From the human T2T-CHM13v2.0 reference genome, Homo sapiens, in assembly GCF_009914755.1 (NCBI RefSeq), contig NC_060936.1: 64,000 nucleotides of DNA; one strand, given 5' to 3'. A program made the position numbers and the translations under genes. Below are positions 1 to 15,232 of the stretch, piece after piece (the first letter of the stretch is position 1; each line of letters begins with the position of its first letter). The notes under the pieces are model-generated. The model did no database searches. It saw only the letters and a program-made list of their open reading frames with translations, and was not told the origin of the DNA.

Positions 1-284
1 GCCACACAGTGAGCAAAAGACAACAGCAGTCCCCTGGTCCCAGTGCCTTCTGCGAGACGTCTTCTTCCTCAGCCCTCTATGCTATGGTTCTCTGCTGCCC
101 ACCCAAGTTTGCAGGGATGTCAAATACAAAGAAACCTGCTGTTACCTGGGTAACAGAGATATGCAAAGTATAACATGACATGATATGTCTAGAATCTACT
201 TCTTGGATAGGACTAGGGAAGGTCAATGTGCTGCATTGCAGAGAGCTGGTAACATTTACATGTACTATGTGTCAATCTGTCCCT

Positions 285-400
285 CTGCAAACATTTATTG
301 AGTAGCAACTAAGTGCAGGGCACAATTCTAGACATAGAAATACTTCAGTGAATAAGATCAACAGTCTCTGCTTTCAAATAGTATACCATTTTGTGGAGGG
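285..400 (-). mobile_element. L2 3' fragment
   Basis: CAAACATTTATTGAG...AAGTGCAGGGCAC...GTGAATAAGA is the reverse-complement L2 3' end pattern. Confidence 0.6.
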
Positions 401-1356
401 TGGGCTGGAACTGGAGAGAAATCCAGTACTCTACCCTCCTAGATTCTCAGCACTGAAAGGCCTTTTAGGCATTCTTTCCCCTTACATTATGCATCAGCCC
501 TATCCCCAAGGAGTTTCTAACTTATTTAAAATGGCAGTACATACACCAAAGAAAACCTTCATAAGGCATGACATGAAAAGGTCTACACTAATAAGATAAA
601 TATAATTTGATAAGTGCTGAAATGATTACAAATTAGAATGATATGGAATTAAACTAAATGGGAAATACTTCCTGGAAAAGGTTTTAGGTTTAGATTTAGG
701 TGGAAATGATGAACATGATAACTTAATAATACATTGATTTTAGTGATTCTCCTTTTAGTTCCTTATTCTCTTCTCCTTTTTTTTCTTTTAATGCTATCCA
801 AGTTTGTTTTTTAATCACAATGCCATTTTTCACCTACAATCATTAGCTACCAAATGTCCTATACTTACTAGAGGCAATGAATGGTGGTTACCTTCTGAGT
901 ACAGGCAATATTTTCAATATGACTTTTTAGTCATAGATCTCTAAAGAGTGGTAGCATATCTCAAAAACCCTTGAAGCAATGAGTGCTATTATGTGAGATT
1001 TTGAAAGAGTAAAGTAAATGTGAGGCACAGTTAAGAACTTTGTAATTTTTTTGTAATAATGAGGTTAAAATGAATATAATTCATCCAGTAAATTTATCAC
1101 TTTTATAGTCTAACAAGTGACCAAACCAGCCCAGCAACTGAAAAGAGTAAATTTCTAAAAGCAACTGTTGCTTTTATACCCACTTTAATGGTTGAAAGTA
1201 TTTTTGCCTAAGTGAAAATATAAAATAAAAATTCCAAAGTGGAAGAGCATGCTAATAATGTATACTAAAGCAGATGTCTTATTATAAGAACACATCAACT
1301 CATTTTCATATTTCCAACCACTTAGCGACATAGCACTTGTGTTAAAACATAACACA

Positions 1357-1670
<314 letters not shown>

Positions 1671-2709
1671 CACATGCAGGTGCACACAACCACAATATAC
1701 ATGGGAATGACTAAGATGGTACACAGTTGCAGCATCACTAATATTTGATTTAAAACAACATTAGAGCACTTATATTACAAAACAAATGTACTCACCTCTA
1801 AAATGTATTTAATAAGAAATATTATAAAATACAGCTGATAATAAAACTAAAATGTGTTTCTCTCAGCAAAAGTTATTATCCAATTTTTAAGCTACAATGC
1901 AGTCTATGTAGCATTTCTATTTAAATTCATTCATTTGCCTGCTAGAAACTGAAATGAGTATATGCATAGATGTGAATGATTCTATACAGATTGATACAAT
2001 AAGAGGAGCTTGATACAATTTACAAATTTGCAACAATGCAATTATTGCTGGGACTGACACATGCATATTTGATGTAGGAGTTAAGTTGCTTGGTATAATT
2101 ATGACATTCTTTTTGTGACTTCTCAAAATTAGAAATAAAAGATTAGTTACAATATTTTTTCCTGCTGAGGATAAGAATAAATTTCTTGTTAACTCAGGAG
2201 TCAGTATATTTTAGAGTTAAAAAAAAAAAAGAGGACATCTTAAAAATAATTCAGGCATCATTTCTTAAAGATCTTTATTCCATATCACTCCGGATATCAA
2301 CTTTCAAATCAAGAATCCATTGTCTGCTACCACTATTCAATGTCTAAATATCACCTACCCAACCTGGGCATTTGTAAAGATCACAGCTCTCAATTAGATG
2401 CTATGCTATTTGTTGAAAGCCACACTTCAACAAGGGGCTATCTCCAGTAGTCATCTTACAAAATATTGTTTAGAACTTTTATAACTAATATTCTAGTTAA
2501 TAACGACTCAGACCGTGATCACAAGGTGGGTGTCAAGCCTTTCCTGGGCAGCTCACTGAATAAATGGATTATGCTTTCCAGTACACACTTAGGCAAATTT
2601 TATCAAGAATAAAATTGAAGAACTTTTCATGTTATTTAGTTTTGTAACTGAGAAAATAAATGAGTTGTGATTATAAGTCCTATAACCTGTTTGGATCTAA
2701 CATGCCAAT

Positions 2710-2960
2710 GAAGTGTGTGAGCTCAGAAGCGCAACTGTTTAGGTTGGAATCCCAGGTCTCTTTCTCCTAAGATGTGTGACCTTAAAAACTTTCTATACCT
2801 CAGTTTCCTAACCAGTAAAAGGGAGATAATAAAACTATGACATAGGGTTGAAGAATAAATAAGGTAACATATATAAGTGATTAGGAACAGTGTCTGACAG
2901 TACTGTCTGATAATAACAATGTCACACGGTAAGCTCTTAATAAATGCTAGCTATTAATTT
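2710..2960 (+). mobile_element. MIR
   Basis: Core TGTGTGACCTT...CCTCAGTTTCC...GTAAAAGGGAGATAATA. Confidence 0.75.
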
Positions 2961-3687
2961 TTAAAACCGTTGCTTAAAACTGTACCATAGCTATTGCAGA
3001 GGCAGCTCTCAATATTTTTGCAACAATATTCCAAGGATAGATGGTATTTTAAATCTGATCATTTTAAGAATATTGAACTTTACTATAAAAACATCTCTGT
3101 TGCCCTATAGATTATATGTATGTCAGTGTAACATTAACAGATAGGAATATAGTCATGGGGAAATTGTAACTGTCATTCTAAATAGGTCAACTTCTTTGAC
3201 TAGAATGTAAAGAGAATAACTGTAAATTACCATTTCCACAGGCGATCCATGAATATTTTCAATGCTCGTTCTCTTCTCCAATTCTAAAGTACAGAAGCTA
3301 TGAATTTTATATACTTAGGATTGGAGTTGACAGACATCTCTACTTTCATGATTTATATATGTTTTTCCCTTTTTATGAGAGAAATAATTTGTAATGCTCT
3401 ATAAATCTTGATGAAAATGTATACTAAAGAGTACAAGATGCGGGAAATTGACCCCCAAAATCCTTAAAACCAAACCAAACCAAACCATTCCTCTGAGTGC
3501 AGTCCTTATTTCCTGCTCCAACCTCATCAGCCCACCTCTATCCAATCCACGTAAGCTCTTTCTGTCTCCATTAGCAACTCACCACTACACAGATTTGGAC
3601 CTCTAAAGTATCTTTAAATACACAGAACGAAGGCACAGTACTGTAATAAAGCTATTCTCTTCATCAGCACACACATACTATCAGATA

Positions 3688-3770
3688 TTGTGTGTGTTTG
3701 TGTGTGTGTGTGACAGAGACAGGGGAAGAGAGAGAGAGAGAGGAGAGAGAGGGAGAGAGAAAGAGAGTGT
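3688..3770. repeat. (TG)n-(AG)n compound microsatellite
   Basis: Direct reading. Confidence 0.9.
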
Positions 3771-3836
3771 CATGGAAATAAGAGTAGAACAAAATGGCTT
3801 TAAGGATAGAGAATTTTAGAAATCACATTGCCCTCA

Positions 3837-4268
<432 letters not shown>

Positions 4269-4892
4269 CTAAGCTCTCAGACTTGTTAGGGTTGTTAGTT
4301 ACATCCTTTGTAAACTCTTGCTTTTCTATCACAGTCACCTAAACAAACAGTATTTTAAGGGGGAATTTTTTAAAACTCAGGTAATTTTCCCCTTAAAGAC
4401 TTTCTATAAAAAATTTTCACATTTTATCCTTCCATTAAAAATAAATACTATAGCTTAACTAACTATATGATCCCTAGATGATTTCACATATAGGCACACT
4501 TCACAGAAAATTAAATTTTCCTTTATTTATTTTATTCTTTCAAGAATCTTTAAGATGTTGCCCACCCGTATCTTATTTCTCAGTGTCTTAGGCACAAACT
4601 AAGAAACATGGGTCAAGGAAGAATATCCCTAAGTATAATTAATTTAGAAATTGTACTCAAGGGTATTCTAAATTATAAGCTTTTAATAAATAATTGACCA
4701 GTAGGTAAAATCTAATTACATTTAGTTACATTAAATATCCTTAATGTAATTCCTTAATACATCATACAGAGAAGGCTAACAAACTCGGGAAATTTAGAAT
4801 CCCAGGGTTGGGAATTGCTTTAAAGGACATTTGGTTCAACCATGAAGCAAATTTATGCTTCATTGCCCTATTTTTAAATTTTTACCAGTTTC

Positions 4893-4960
4893 ACACATAG
4901 ACACACACACAGACAAACACACAGAGACACACAGACACACACACACACACACATACACCA
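4893..4960. repeat. degenerate (CA)n microsatellite
   Basis: Direct reading. Confidence 0.85.
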
Positions 4961-5457
4961 CTTCTGGTGTCAGGAACCAAGGAAATAAAAATAGTAATTT
5001 TCTTTTAAGTTGACATTTTAAATTCAAATAAGTGGAGTCTCAAATGTAATATTAGAATAGCTCGTGTGAAAAACCCTGGTTTGAGTTTTCTGTTTTGATT
5101 TAATTCTGATAAATCTCCTGGGAATGCTTCAATACACAGTCGAAATCCAGCTGGTTAGGCATTACAGGGCAGGTATTGGGTAACCTATGTGACTTAACGC
5201 AATTCACTTTTCTGAGTCTCTCTTTTCACATTTGCAATGTGGAGGTAACACTGCCTGTTCTGTGTATGTGTTAGAATTGTTGAAAGGTAGCAAAATATTC
5301 TAAAATATTTTGAAAACAGCAAAGTGCTATAGATTCCAAGCATTTTTGTTCTATTCATTTGCATTTAAATTGCCCTACACAGTAATATTAATCAGCCACA
5401 AGTAAATACTACATCTACATTCTAGATGTTATTTCTCACTGTCAATAAAAGGGTCAT

Positions 5458-5967
5458 TGTGATAGGCAGAATAATGGCCCTCCCCAAAGATGCACATGCC
5501 CTCATGATCCCTTTCCTAGTCACCAGAACCTGTAAACATGTTACCTCACATGCCAAAAGGGATTCGGCAGGTGTGATTTGAGTTAAGGCTCTTGAGATGG
5601 GAAAATTATACCAGATTATCCAGGTGGTTCCAATGTAATCACAGGTGTTCTTATAGGAAGGAGACAGGAGCATCAGAGTAGGACGAGATGTGACAATTGT
5701 GGGAAGGGGGGCGGGAAATAGGGAGTGGAGATTGAAAGGTACTACACTACCGGCTTTAAAGATAGGGGATGGGGCCACGAGCCAAGGAATGCAGGTGGCC
5801 TCCAGAATCCAGAAAAGGCAAGGAAATGAACTCTCCCCTAGAGTCTGCAGAAGGAACACACTACTGCTCACACCTTGATTTTAAGCTCTTGACTTTCAAA
5901 ACTGTAAGATAATAAATTTGTGTGGTTTTACACACCACAAAGTTTCTGGTCAGTAGGAAAAAATACA
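5458..5967 (+). mobile_element. MaLR LTR, MLT1D-like
   Basis: TGTGATAGGCAGAATAATGGCCC...CCAGAACCTGTAAACATGTTACCT...GTAAGATAATAAATTTGTGTGGTTTTA...ATACA. Confidence 0.85.
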
Positions 5968-6446
5968 GTCATGGAAACACAGCCACCCCTTATCCCACTA
6001 TTGATAATTAGGGCTTGTTATTAGAGCCCACCATTGGTTGTACAATAGTATCTTTTGCTACTTTTTGAATCTATCATCCAAGGCCATTTCACCCAAATGG
6101 GTGAGCCATTTAGCTCCCCTCCACTGGCATGGATCACTGAGCACCAGCTGTTTCAGAAGGACCAATGGACAAAATACAGAGATCATGGAGTCCCAACTCA
6201 TTCCCAAACTGGTTGTTTGAATCCTTCTAGATCCAATATGCTTATCTTTAAGATTTCCTGAGAGGGGAATGAGATGTCTTCTGCTTCCACTGATAGAAAT
6301 ACTTCTCATTTCAAAACACTTAGAATTAAAAAGTTGTCTAAGAGCTAGAATTGCTTTAGCTATAATTTTTTATTCTGTCCTTAGTAAACATGAAAATTAA
6401 GAAACAAGAAAATTAAGAAATAAGATATGTATGCTTTTTATAAGGC

Positions 6447-8065
6447 TTTTCCTTTTTCTTTTTTGTTCTTATAAATTTACAGGATAAATGAGACATTTTG
6501 TTACATGTATATAAATGTGTAGTGATCAAGTCAGTGTATTTGATGTGTCCATCACTCAAATACAACATATTTTGTTAAGTATAGTCACCCTACTCTGCTA
6601 TCAAACATTGAATTTATTCCTTCTGTCATACTGTATGTTTGTGGCCTTTAACCCAGTTCCCTTCATTTTCCCACTCCCACCCTTCCCAGTCTCTGTTACC
6701 TATCTTTCCACTCTCTTACCTTCATATGATCAAATGTGTTAGCTCCCACATATAAGTGAGAACATGTAGTATTTGTCTTTTTGTACCTGGCTTATTTCAC
6801 TTAAGATAATGACCTTCAGTTCCATGCAGCATCCACGTTGCTGCAAATGACATGATATCATATTCTTTTGGAAGAATCTTAAAATTCATATGGAACCAAA
6901 AAAGAGTTGGAATAGCCAAAGCAATCCTGAGTGAAAAGAACAAAGCTGGAGGCATCAAATTATCTAACTTATAATATATTGCAGGGCTACACTACACTAA
7001 CCAAAGCAGCACGGTATTGGTATAAAAATAGACACACAGACCAATGGAACAGAATGAAGAATCCAGGAACAAAGCCATATATTTACAGCCAACTGATCTT
7101 CAACAAAGCAGATAAGAACTTACACTGGGGAAAGAACACCCTCTCCAATAAATGACACTGGGAAAATTGGACAGTCACATGCAGAAGAAACTGGATCCCT
7201 ATCTCTCACCATATACAAAAATCAACTCAAAATGGATTAAAGACTTAAATATAAAACTTGAAACGATAAAAATACTGGAAGAAAACCTAGGGAAAACTCT
7301 CTTGGAAATTGGTCTAGGCAAATAATTTATGGCTAAGATCTGAAAAGCACAGGCAACAGAAACAAAAATAGACAAATGGGACTATCTTAAACTAAAAAGC
7401 TTCTGCACAGCAGAGGAAACACTCAACAGAGTGAAGAGACAACCTGTTGAATGGGAGAAAATATTTGCAAATTATTTATCTGACTGGAGACTAGTAACCA
7501 AAATATACAAGAAACTCAAACAACTCAACAGGACAAAAGCAAATAACCTCATTAGAAAGTGGGCAAAAGACATGACTAGATATTTCTCAAAGGAAGACAG
7601 AGAAATGGCCGAGAAGCATATGAAAAACTCCTCAACATCACTTATCATCAGAGCAATGCAACTCAAAATGACAACAGGGTATTATCTTTCCCCAGCCAGA
7701 ATGGCTATTATTAAAAAGACAAAAAAATAACAGACGTTGATGAGGATGTGGAGAAAAGGAAACTCAAACCTTACTGGTGGGAATGTAAACTAGTAGAGCC
7801 ACTGTGAAAAACAGTACAGAGATTTCTCAAAAAATGAAAAACAGAATTATCATTGGATTCAGCAATCCCACTACTGAGTATTTATCCAAGGAAAAGAAAT
7901 GAACATATCAAAGGGATACCTGCACTCACATGTTTACTGCAACATTATTCACCACAGCAAAGACATGGAATCAACCCAAATGTCCCTTGACGGATGAATG
8001 GGTAAAGAAAATGTGATGAATATATGTGCAATGGAATTTTATTCAGCCATAAAAAAATGAAATCA
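6447..8065 (-). mobile_element. L1MA-type insertion with 5' inversion (6447-6868 3' UTR on minus; 6869-8065 ORF2 3' part on plus)
   Basis: ORFs 6931 and 7431 give L1 ORF2p-like text ([28 protein letters not shown]); left part is reverse-complement L1 3' UTR. Confidence 0.9.
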
Positions 8066-8319
8066 GGTTTTTCTTTCTTAGTTAAATGACTTCATTTCCC
8101 CCATATTTACTATTTTCTTAGAAGTTTATCTGAATCTTTACCTATTTTGGATGTTATTCCTGTCTTATATTCTGTCTGCCTATGTCTTAAAATTTGGCGC
8201 CATAAACCTGCTAGACAAAGTATACTAACCTTTCTTAATAGCAATGCAAAAAATTTGTAAAACTTGGCTATGATCAAAGGAGTAAGAAGATTAAACAAAG
8301 AGGAAGGAGTTCCAATTTA

Positions 8320-8425
8320 AACTTTGGTTCTAGCTCTTGCTGTGTAACCTCAGTCAAATCACATCACCTCTCTGGGACTCTGTGGCATCATCTATAAAAT
8401 AAGGAGCTTGGACTAAATTTCCAGA
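8320..8425 (+). mobile_element. MIR fragment
   Basis: GCTGTGTAACCTCAGTCAAATCAC...CATCTATAAAATAAGG. Confidence 0.65.
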
Positions 8426-10573
8426 TACAGCCTAAAGTGTCCTAAAAGAGAAGCATGAAGTATTTTGGTAATTCTATTGAGAAAGTAATCACCACTTGCT
8501 GGAACAATTGATAAGTACTACCCAGTAGCTCCTCCACAAAGATAGCCGGTGGCATTGAGGCTTGACTGGATTTTTGCAATCTATGATTCCAGATGAAGCA
8601 AAGGTCAGGGCAGGAAAAGCCTGAGGTACATTATAGGTACATTGAGTAACACAGATTTCCGGAGGCTAATGGATGAAGACAGATGGGGGTGTGAAGTGGA
8701 GAGGACAAATGGAGGGCCTGGAACACTGACGCTGTGCAGAGCCCCTGATGGTTTCTGAAGGGCTCTAGTGATCTCTTCCCTACACTATTAAGGGAGTCCA
8801 CTAGCACAGGAATTGTATCCATTCATGGCCCTTGGCAAGCTGTGTCATTCATATCAGTATCCCCAGTTCCCAGGCACAATAATCACCATTTAATAGTTTG
8901 CTGACAACATATGTGTTGGGTGACTGAATGAAGAACTTGCAATTAGCCTTTCCCATCTCAACTCTTCTGTGAGGGCTATGTGCTGGGGGTGTCCTTTACA
9001 TCACATCTTGCATAAATGGGGACCCTTGGAGTTAGGAAAACAGCAGCCCTGCCTCCACCCAAGGGAGCAGTTCTGTCTCAGGAAACTGCACTCCTGGAAT
9101 TTTCTCAACAGGAGGTAATAAAAGCCTGAACTAGTGATAGCAGTGGGAATGGAAAGGAGAAAACAAGTGATTTATTTTAGAGTGGTTTGGGAGACACATA
9201 AAAATACTCTTGACTAGCCAAAGTAAAAATTTAACCTGATTTCTTTCCGATTTTCCTTTGGAGTAATTCAATAAAAATCTGTTACATAAAAATGGAAGAC
9301 TTGCCATGTACCTCCTGTTAAGTGCAAGTCACTTTTATTGTGAACCTCGTCCTTTGCCAGAAAAGGATATTGACCTCATTTTTCTACTTCAGAATCTGGT
9401 ACTTCAGTCAATATCCCACAATCTACAGCAATATTTTAAGAGAAAGACAACCAAAAGTCCCAAGGAATTCTCTTTATCATTTTTTAAATATGAAAGCACG
9501 TTTTTGAGTCCTATCTTAGAGAAATATTTGCTAAAATTGCATTGACCACCTTTATTTTGATCATTTGTTTTCCAAATATAATTTAAGTGATGCAGAGAAC
9601 TAATGCAAAGTAGAAGGCATTTTGATTACTGAAACAAACATTGATTCACATGGAATATTTTGAAGCAATGCTCTTTCTATTAATATCTAAGTTTCCATTG
9701 CATTTTTTTCTAAGATGGGAATGCACTTTAAAAAACCCAACCACTACAATCTTTCTGGAATTTAGCATATACATAAAGTAATATATAAAATCCTTCCAGT
9801 TTTAAAATATCAGATGATTAGTATTTACCGAAACAGACCAAAAAGTTATTGAGGAACATGGTACAAATTTTGTTTAATATCTAACATAAAAGTACAGACA
9901 GCTAGCTAAAAAAAATTCTCTAGATTTATACTTTATATTTAAGTGTATCACCTTGGGTATCAAACATGCTGCTAGCTATCTCTTAATGAGCACCTGAGCT
10001 GTCATTTTTAATAACAGACTGACAATTATTATCTATAGGTTGATATTTCCCTGAAAATCACTTGTGAATCTCAAGTTAATATAGTTAAGAATAGAAACTG
10101 ACTATTCCACTTACTAAAATAGTATTATTTTATAAAACTTGGCAGAATATTATAAAAAATAACATGAATATATATTTATAATAAAAAAATCAACATATGC
10201 CAAAATGCATAGACATTCTCAGTATGTGGCAGAACTTTACACAAAATCTAAATAATGCATCTCAGTTACTCATTGTTTAAAAAGGTCATTTGGTCCACTA
10301 AAGCCATAAGAGGAAAAAACACAGATCCAAGAATATAATATAAGAATATAATAAAACAAATATCTAGGAAACTCTAATTTTAGTTATTTCCCAGTTTAAA
10401 ACAAGGCATGAGAGATGAATATCATAAAAACTCAAATTATATAATTCATCTAAGTACATGCATCATTAAGATATAATGCAAGTAATCACGTAATAGCCTA
10501 TTGTAATTCATAGGTTACAGTATTGGGGAAATCCTACTTTATTTTTAAATAATAAAGTTTTTTAAAAAAATAC

Positions 10574-10682
10574 CTCTTCCACAAAGCTGTCTTTCTTCTC
10601 TAACATTTCTCGTAATGTCTGAAGAATTTTAATGCACAGTTTTTCTTCTTTCTCCATTAGTTTCTTTGTATGATTAATCAAC
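10574..10682 (-). CDS. ITPR2: ITPR2 coding exon, 109 nt, phase 2/0 (K-LINHTKKLMEKEEKLCIKILQTLREMLEKKDSFVEE)
   Basis: Manual translation; acceptor gctttaag|G, donor GAG|gtattt; AA|G = Lys restores frame; the next expected exon (GNTLRK...) is not in the window. Confidence 0.96.
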
Positions 10683-11569
10683 CTTAAAGCAAAACATGAG
10701 ACCTTTAGAAAGACAGTGATTTCTCTTCAAGCTATATACAAACATCAAAGGCCATAGGGGAAAAAATTTACACAATTATTTGAGAATATGAAGCAAACCA
10801 GGTACATGTTTTCAAAAGTTTTAAGATCACACTTCAGCTTATAAATTTTGTAGTACAACACATTATTTTTGTCTTACAACAAAATATCTCAGGGCTTCTC
10901 AAACTTACTCAGGTGGCATTCTTTTAGTGGGATACAATACTCTGAGAAACAATGAAATACTAATATTCTCACCCCAATATATGAACTAAAACAAATTTAT
11001 TAGAGAAATACAAATATTTATATTACATTTTATTATGTTATACTATATTATTTTTATATACTGTATTACATTAAGCATACAGTAGCAGTGGCTGTATACA
11101 ACTCTGCAACCTTAATATAACAGGCTGCTTTCCAGTTTCCATTCATAATAATATGATATTTTTCACTGCCAGGGTTTGGTAGGAACAAGCAGTTTTTGTA
11201 TTAAGAGCAAAAAACAAAACAAAACAAAAGTGACATCAAGACAGTCTAACCATTTACTAGTTTGGGTATAATTTGGGCAAAAACTCCAATCAATTTTCAT
11301 CAAGTGGTACACTGTGCACTGGTGCTCCGTTAGGAGAAGAGTTTCAAGATCACCATCCCCAAGAACTTAAAATCAAATAAAATGTTCATTAACAGAATTT
11401 AGCTTATATAGCTATATATATCGCCTATATAGCTCATGTTGTTAAAAAGCTGATCCTCAAAATGACCCTGTAAGATGTCTTCCTTAAATGATCCAATTTC
11501 AGTGACATAACATGAGTACTGTGGGATATAACCCTGGGGAAAAAGTGAACTTTCACTGGTTAATGGCTA

Positions 11570-11790
11570 CCAAGTGCTTATCAGGTGTCAGGGTCAAGTG
11601 TAAGGGCTTCCCAGGGACTCCCAATTTACCCTCACACCAAGCCTATGAGACAGGTTCAGACTAATTTTGCTCATGACAGAACAGAGGCCCAGGGAGATAG
11701 GGCAACTTGCCTCTGGTTACCTAAATTGTTAAGTGGTGAGACCTGCAAATGCATTCAGGTCCATCTGACCTCAGAGCGAAAATTCTTAAG
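11570..11790 (-). mobile_element. MIR
   Basis: CCTATGAG...ACAGAGGCCCAGGGAG...AACTTGCC...TCTGACCTCAGAGC reverse MIR core. Confidence 0.7.
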
Positions 11791-11964
11791 AACGACTCTG
11801 TGGTGACAGGACTCAGGTCACTGATCTCCTGAGTCTCAGGGGTCTTGTGCAGAGTCCCCACACATGCTAGGCTGCACACAGCCCCCTGAATGAGCAAGTG
11901 CCACAACAGAGGCATTGGCAAATGCTGTGAACCAGACATGAAACCACTTCATTCTGCTGGGGGG

Positions 11965-12950
<986 letters not shown>

Positions 12951-13289
12951 AAAGTTCTCCTGGCAAGGAAAGTGAAGCCTGCCTTTCTAAAACTTCTACT
13001 ATTCGATTCTTTCTTTCACGCAACACTTTTTTTTTAATTTTTAATTTTTGTGGATACATAGTAGGCATATACATTCACATAATAGTCTTTAAATATGGGA
13101 AAATCGTTTTGGTGGACATGATAAATTTCTTTTGATTTTGTTTTTCGCTCTCTCAGGCTAAGTATTTCCATTTTCTTTAACTCTTCCTTAGATAAACCAT
13201 ATTGAAAATATCAACCATAAGGTTGAATGACCACTTGCTACAGATTTATAAAAGGTATTCAAAGGCCACATAATGTTTGGTTGAGTTAG

Positions 13290-13533
13290 GTCGGTGACTT
13301 TCAAATATTTTTCTATGATCAAAGTAAGAAATATATTTCACAAAACAACCCAGTAAAGAAGTACCTGTGTGGGAGTGTGTGTATAAACTCACACAAATGT
13401 CACCCTCACTATGAGATGCACTCTGATAATTTGTATCTTCTCTAATTCATTTTTTAAATTAGCTGGTTGCGTCTACCTAAGTCAGTTTAAAAATCTATAA
13501 ATGGATCACACCCCACGGTTTGAAAAACACTGA
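13290..13533 (-). mobile_element. hAT-Charlie DNA transposon remnant (Charlie4-like)
   Basis: Ends GGTTTGAAAAACACTG (hAT TIR-like) preceded by GCTGGTTGCG...AATGGATCACACCCCAC. Confidence 0.5.
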
Positions 13534-13827
13534 GATTCTCCTTCACAAGGGAGAAGTAGGTGTTGATTTGAATGGACTCTAATCAGCCGCCTTAAAGGTT
13601 AACAGTATCATTGACCTATTCTCTTCTCTTTCACTCTATGTGTTAAGTAGACTCCTGTCCTGGGGTCTATCCTCATATTCTCCTGCAGACTCATCTGAGT
13701 CAACAGATTCCAAGAATTAGATTTATTTGAGAAAGCAGGAAGCCCTACTTAGGGCTTGGCCCTAAATTTATATTCTCCAGCTAAGCTTTACCAGGATGGT
13801 ATGCACAGCAATACAAGACCCCTGGCA

Positions 13828-14133
<306 letters not shown>

Positions 14134-14505
14134 TCATAAAGTTGGATTTTAATTTTGTAAGATATTCTTACAAAGGAAACCCTTAGTTCTTCACAGAGTT
14201 GGGGAAGTGGTAGGGTGAGCAGTAAGGCAGAAAACAGACAATCCTGAGGCTCTGGCTGTAATATAATTGCAATAGCACAAAAATCCCTTCTAGAACTACT
14301 CATGTAAACACAACATCATTTTACTTCATGTGCGTGTGGGATCTGCAATGTATTCCTATTATCACATCACTTCTGCTTCTCTCCTTTCAGGTTACCTAAT
14401 GATGCCACAGGCTTGTCTCCATCTGCAGCACAGCTCAATATTTGCTTGATATCATGAGTTACTTCATAACACTTTCTCATAGACCAGTATCTCCAAGTTC
14501 TAGAC

Positions 14506-14713
14506 CAGTGCTGTCTAACAGAACTCTCTGCAAAAATACACGTGTTCCATATTTGTGCTGCCAAATTTGGTAGCCATTAGCCACATGTGGCTACTGAGCA
14601 CTTGAAATGTTGCAGATATGACTGAGGAAGTGGATTTTTATTTCCTTTTTATTCATTTAAACTATAATTTAAATAACCATGTGTGGCTAGTAGCTACCAT
14701 ACTGGCACCCTAG
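14506..14713 (+). mobile_element. MER3 (hAT-Charlie MITE)
   Basis: CAGTGCTGTCTAACAGAACT...TAGCCACATGTGGCTACTGAGCACTTGAAATGT...GTGTGGCTAGTAGCTACC. Confidence 0.85.
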
Positions 14714-14721
14714 TTCTCGAC

Positions 14722-14943
14722 AAGGAGTCAGGAAACCTTTTCTCTAAAGGATCAGACAGTAAATATTTTAGGCTTTGTGGGGTACACAGTCTCTGTGGCA
14801 ACTAACTGATTCTGCCACAGTGGCATGAAAGCAGCCACAGACAATCCAGAAATGAATGAGCACTACTGTATTTCAGTAAAACTTTATTTACAGAAATGAG
14901 TAGCAGGACCAATTTAGCCTGAGGGCCAGAGCTTGCCAACCCG
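14722..14943 (+). mobile_element. MER58A (hAT-Charlie MITE)
   Basis: AGTAAATATTTTAGGCTTTGTGG...GAAAGCAGCCACAGACAAT...AAAACTTTATTTACA...TTGCCAACCC. Confidence 0.85.
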
Positions 14944-15097
14944 TTCCAGGCTGTCACATCTCGGGGATATAGCTATTGTATTATGTTAATTTACTGAATT
15001 TAACAGGTTTATCGCCTAACTTTTAACCCATATTCCATACACTGACATATATTTATAGGAGATGAAGGGTATTTATCAAAGATCCTATTATCTTTGC

Positions 15098-15232
15098 TTT
15101 TTTTTTTCATTTAGTTCTTATGTTTAGATCTGTAATGGGTACAGGTGCAGAGTTCTCACATGCATGTATGTGCAGTGGTGAAGTCTGGGCTTTCAACGTA
15201 CCCATCATCTGAATAATGAACTGCGCTCAACA
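15098..15232 (-). mobile_element. short L1 3' end (L1PB/L1MA-like)
   Basis: T-run then GGGTACAGGTGCAG...AGTGGTGAAGTCTGGGCTTT...GTACCCATCA. Confidence 0.65.

Noticed and set aside
6931-7730. L1 ORF2p-like ORFs as an active reverse transcriptase gene
   Set aside because: Fragmented by stops and frameshifts, truncated and inverted; dead element
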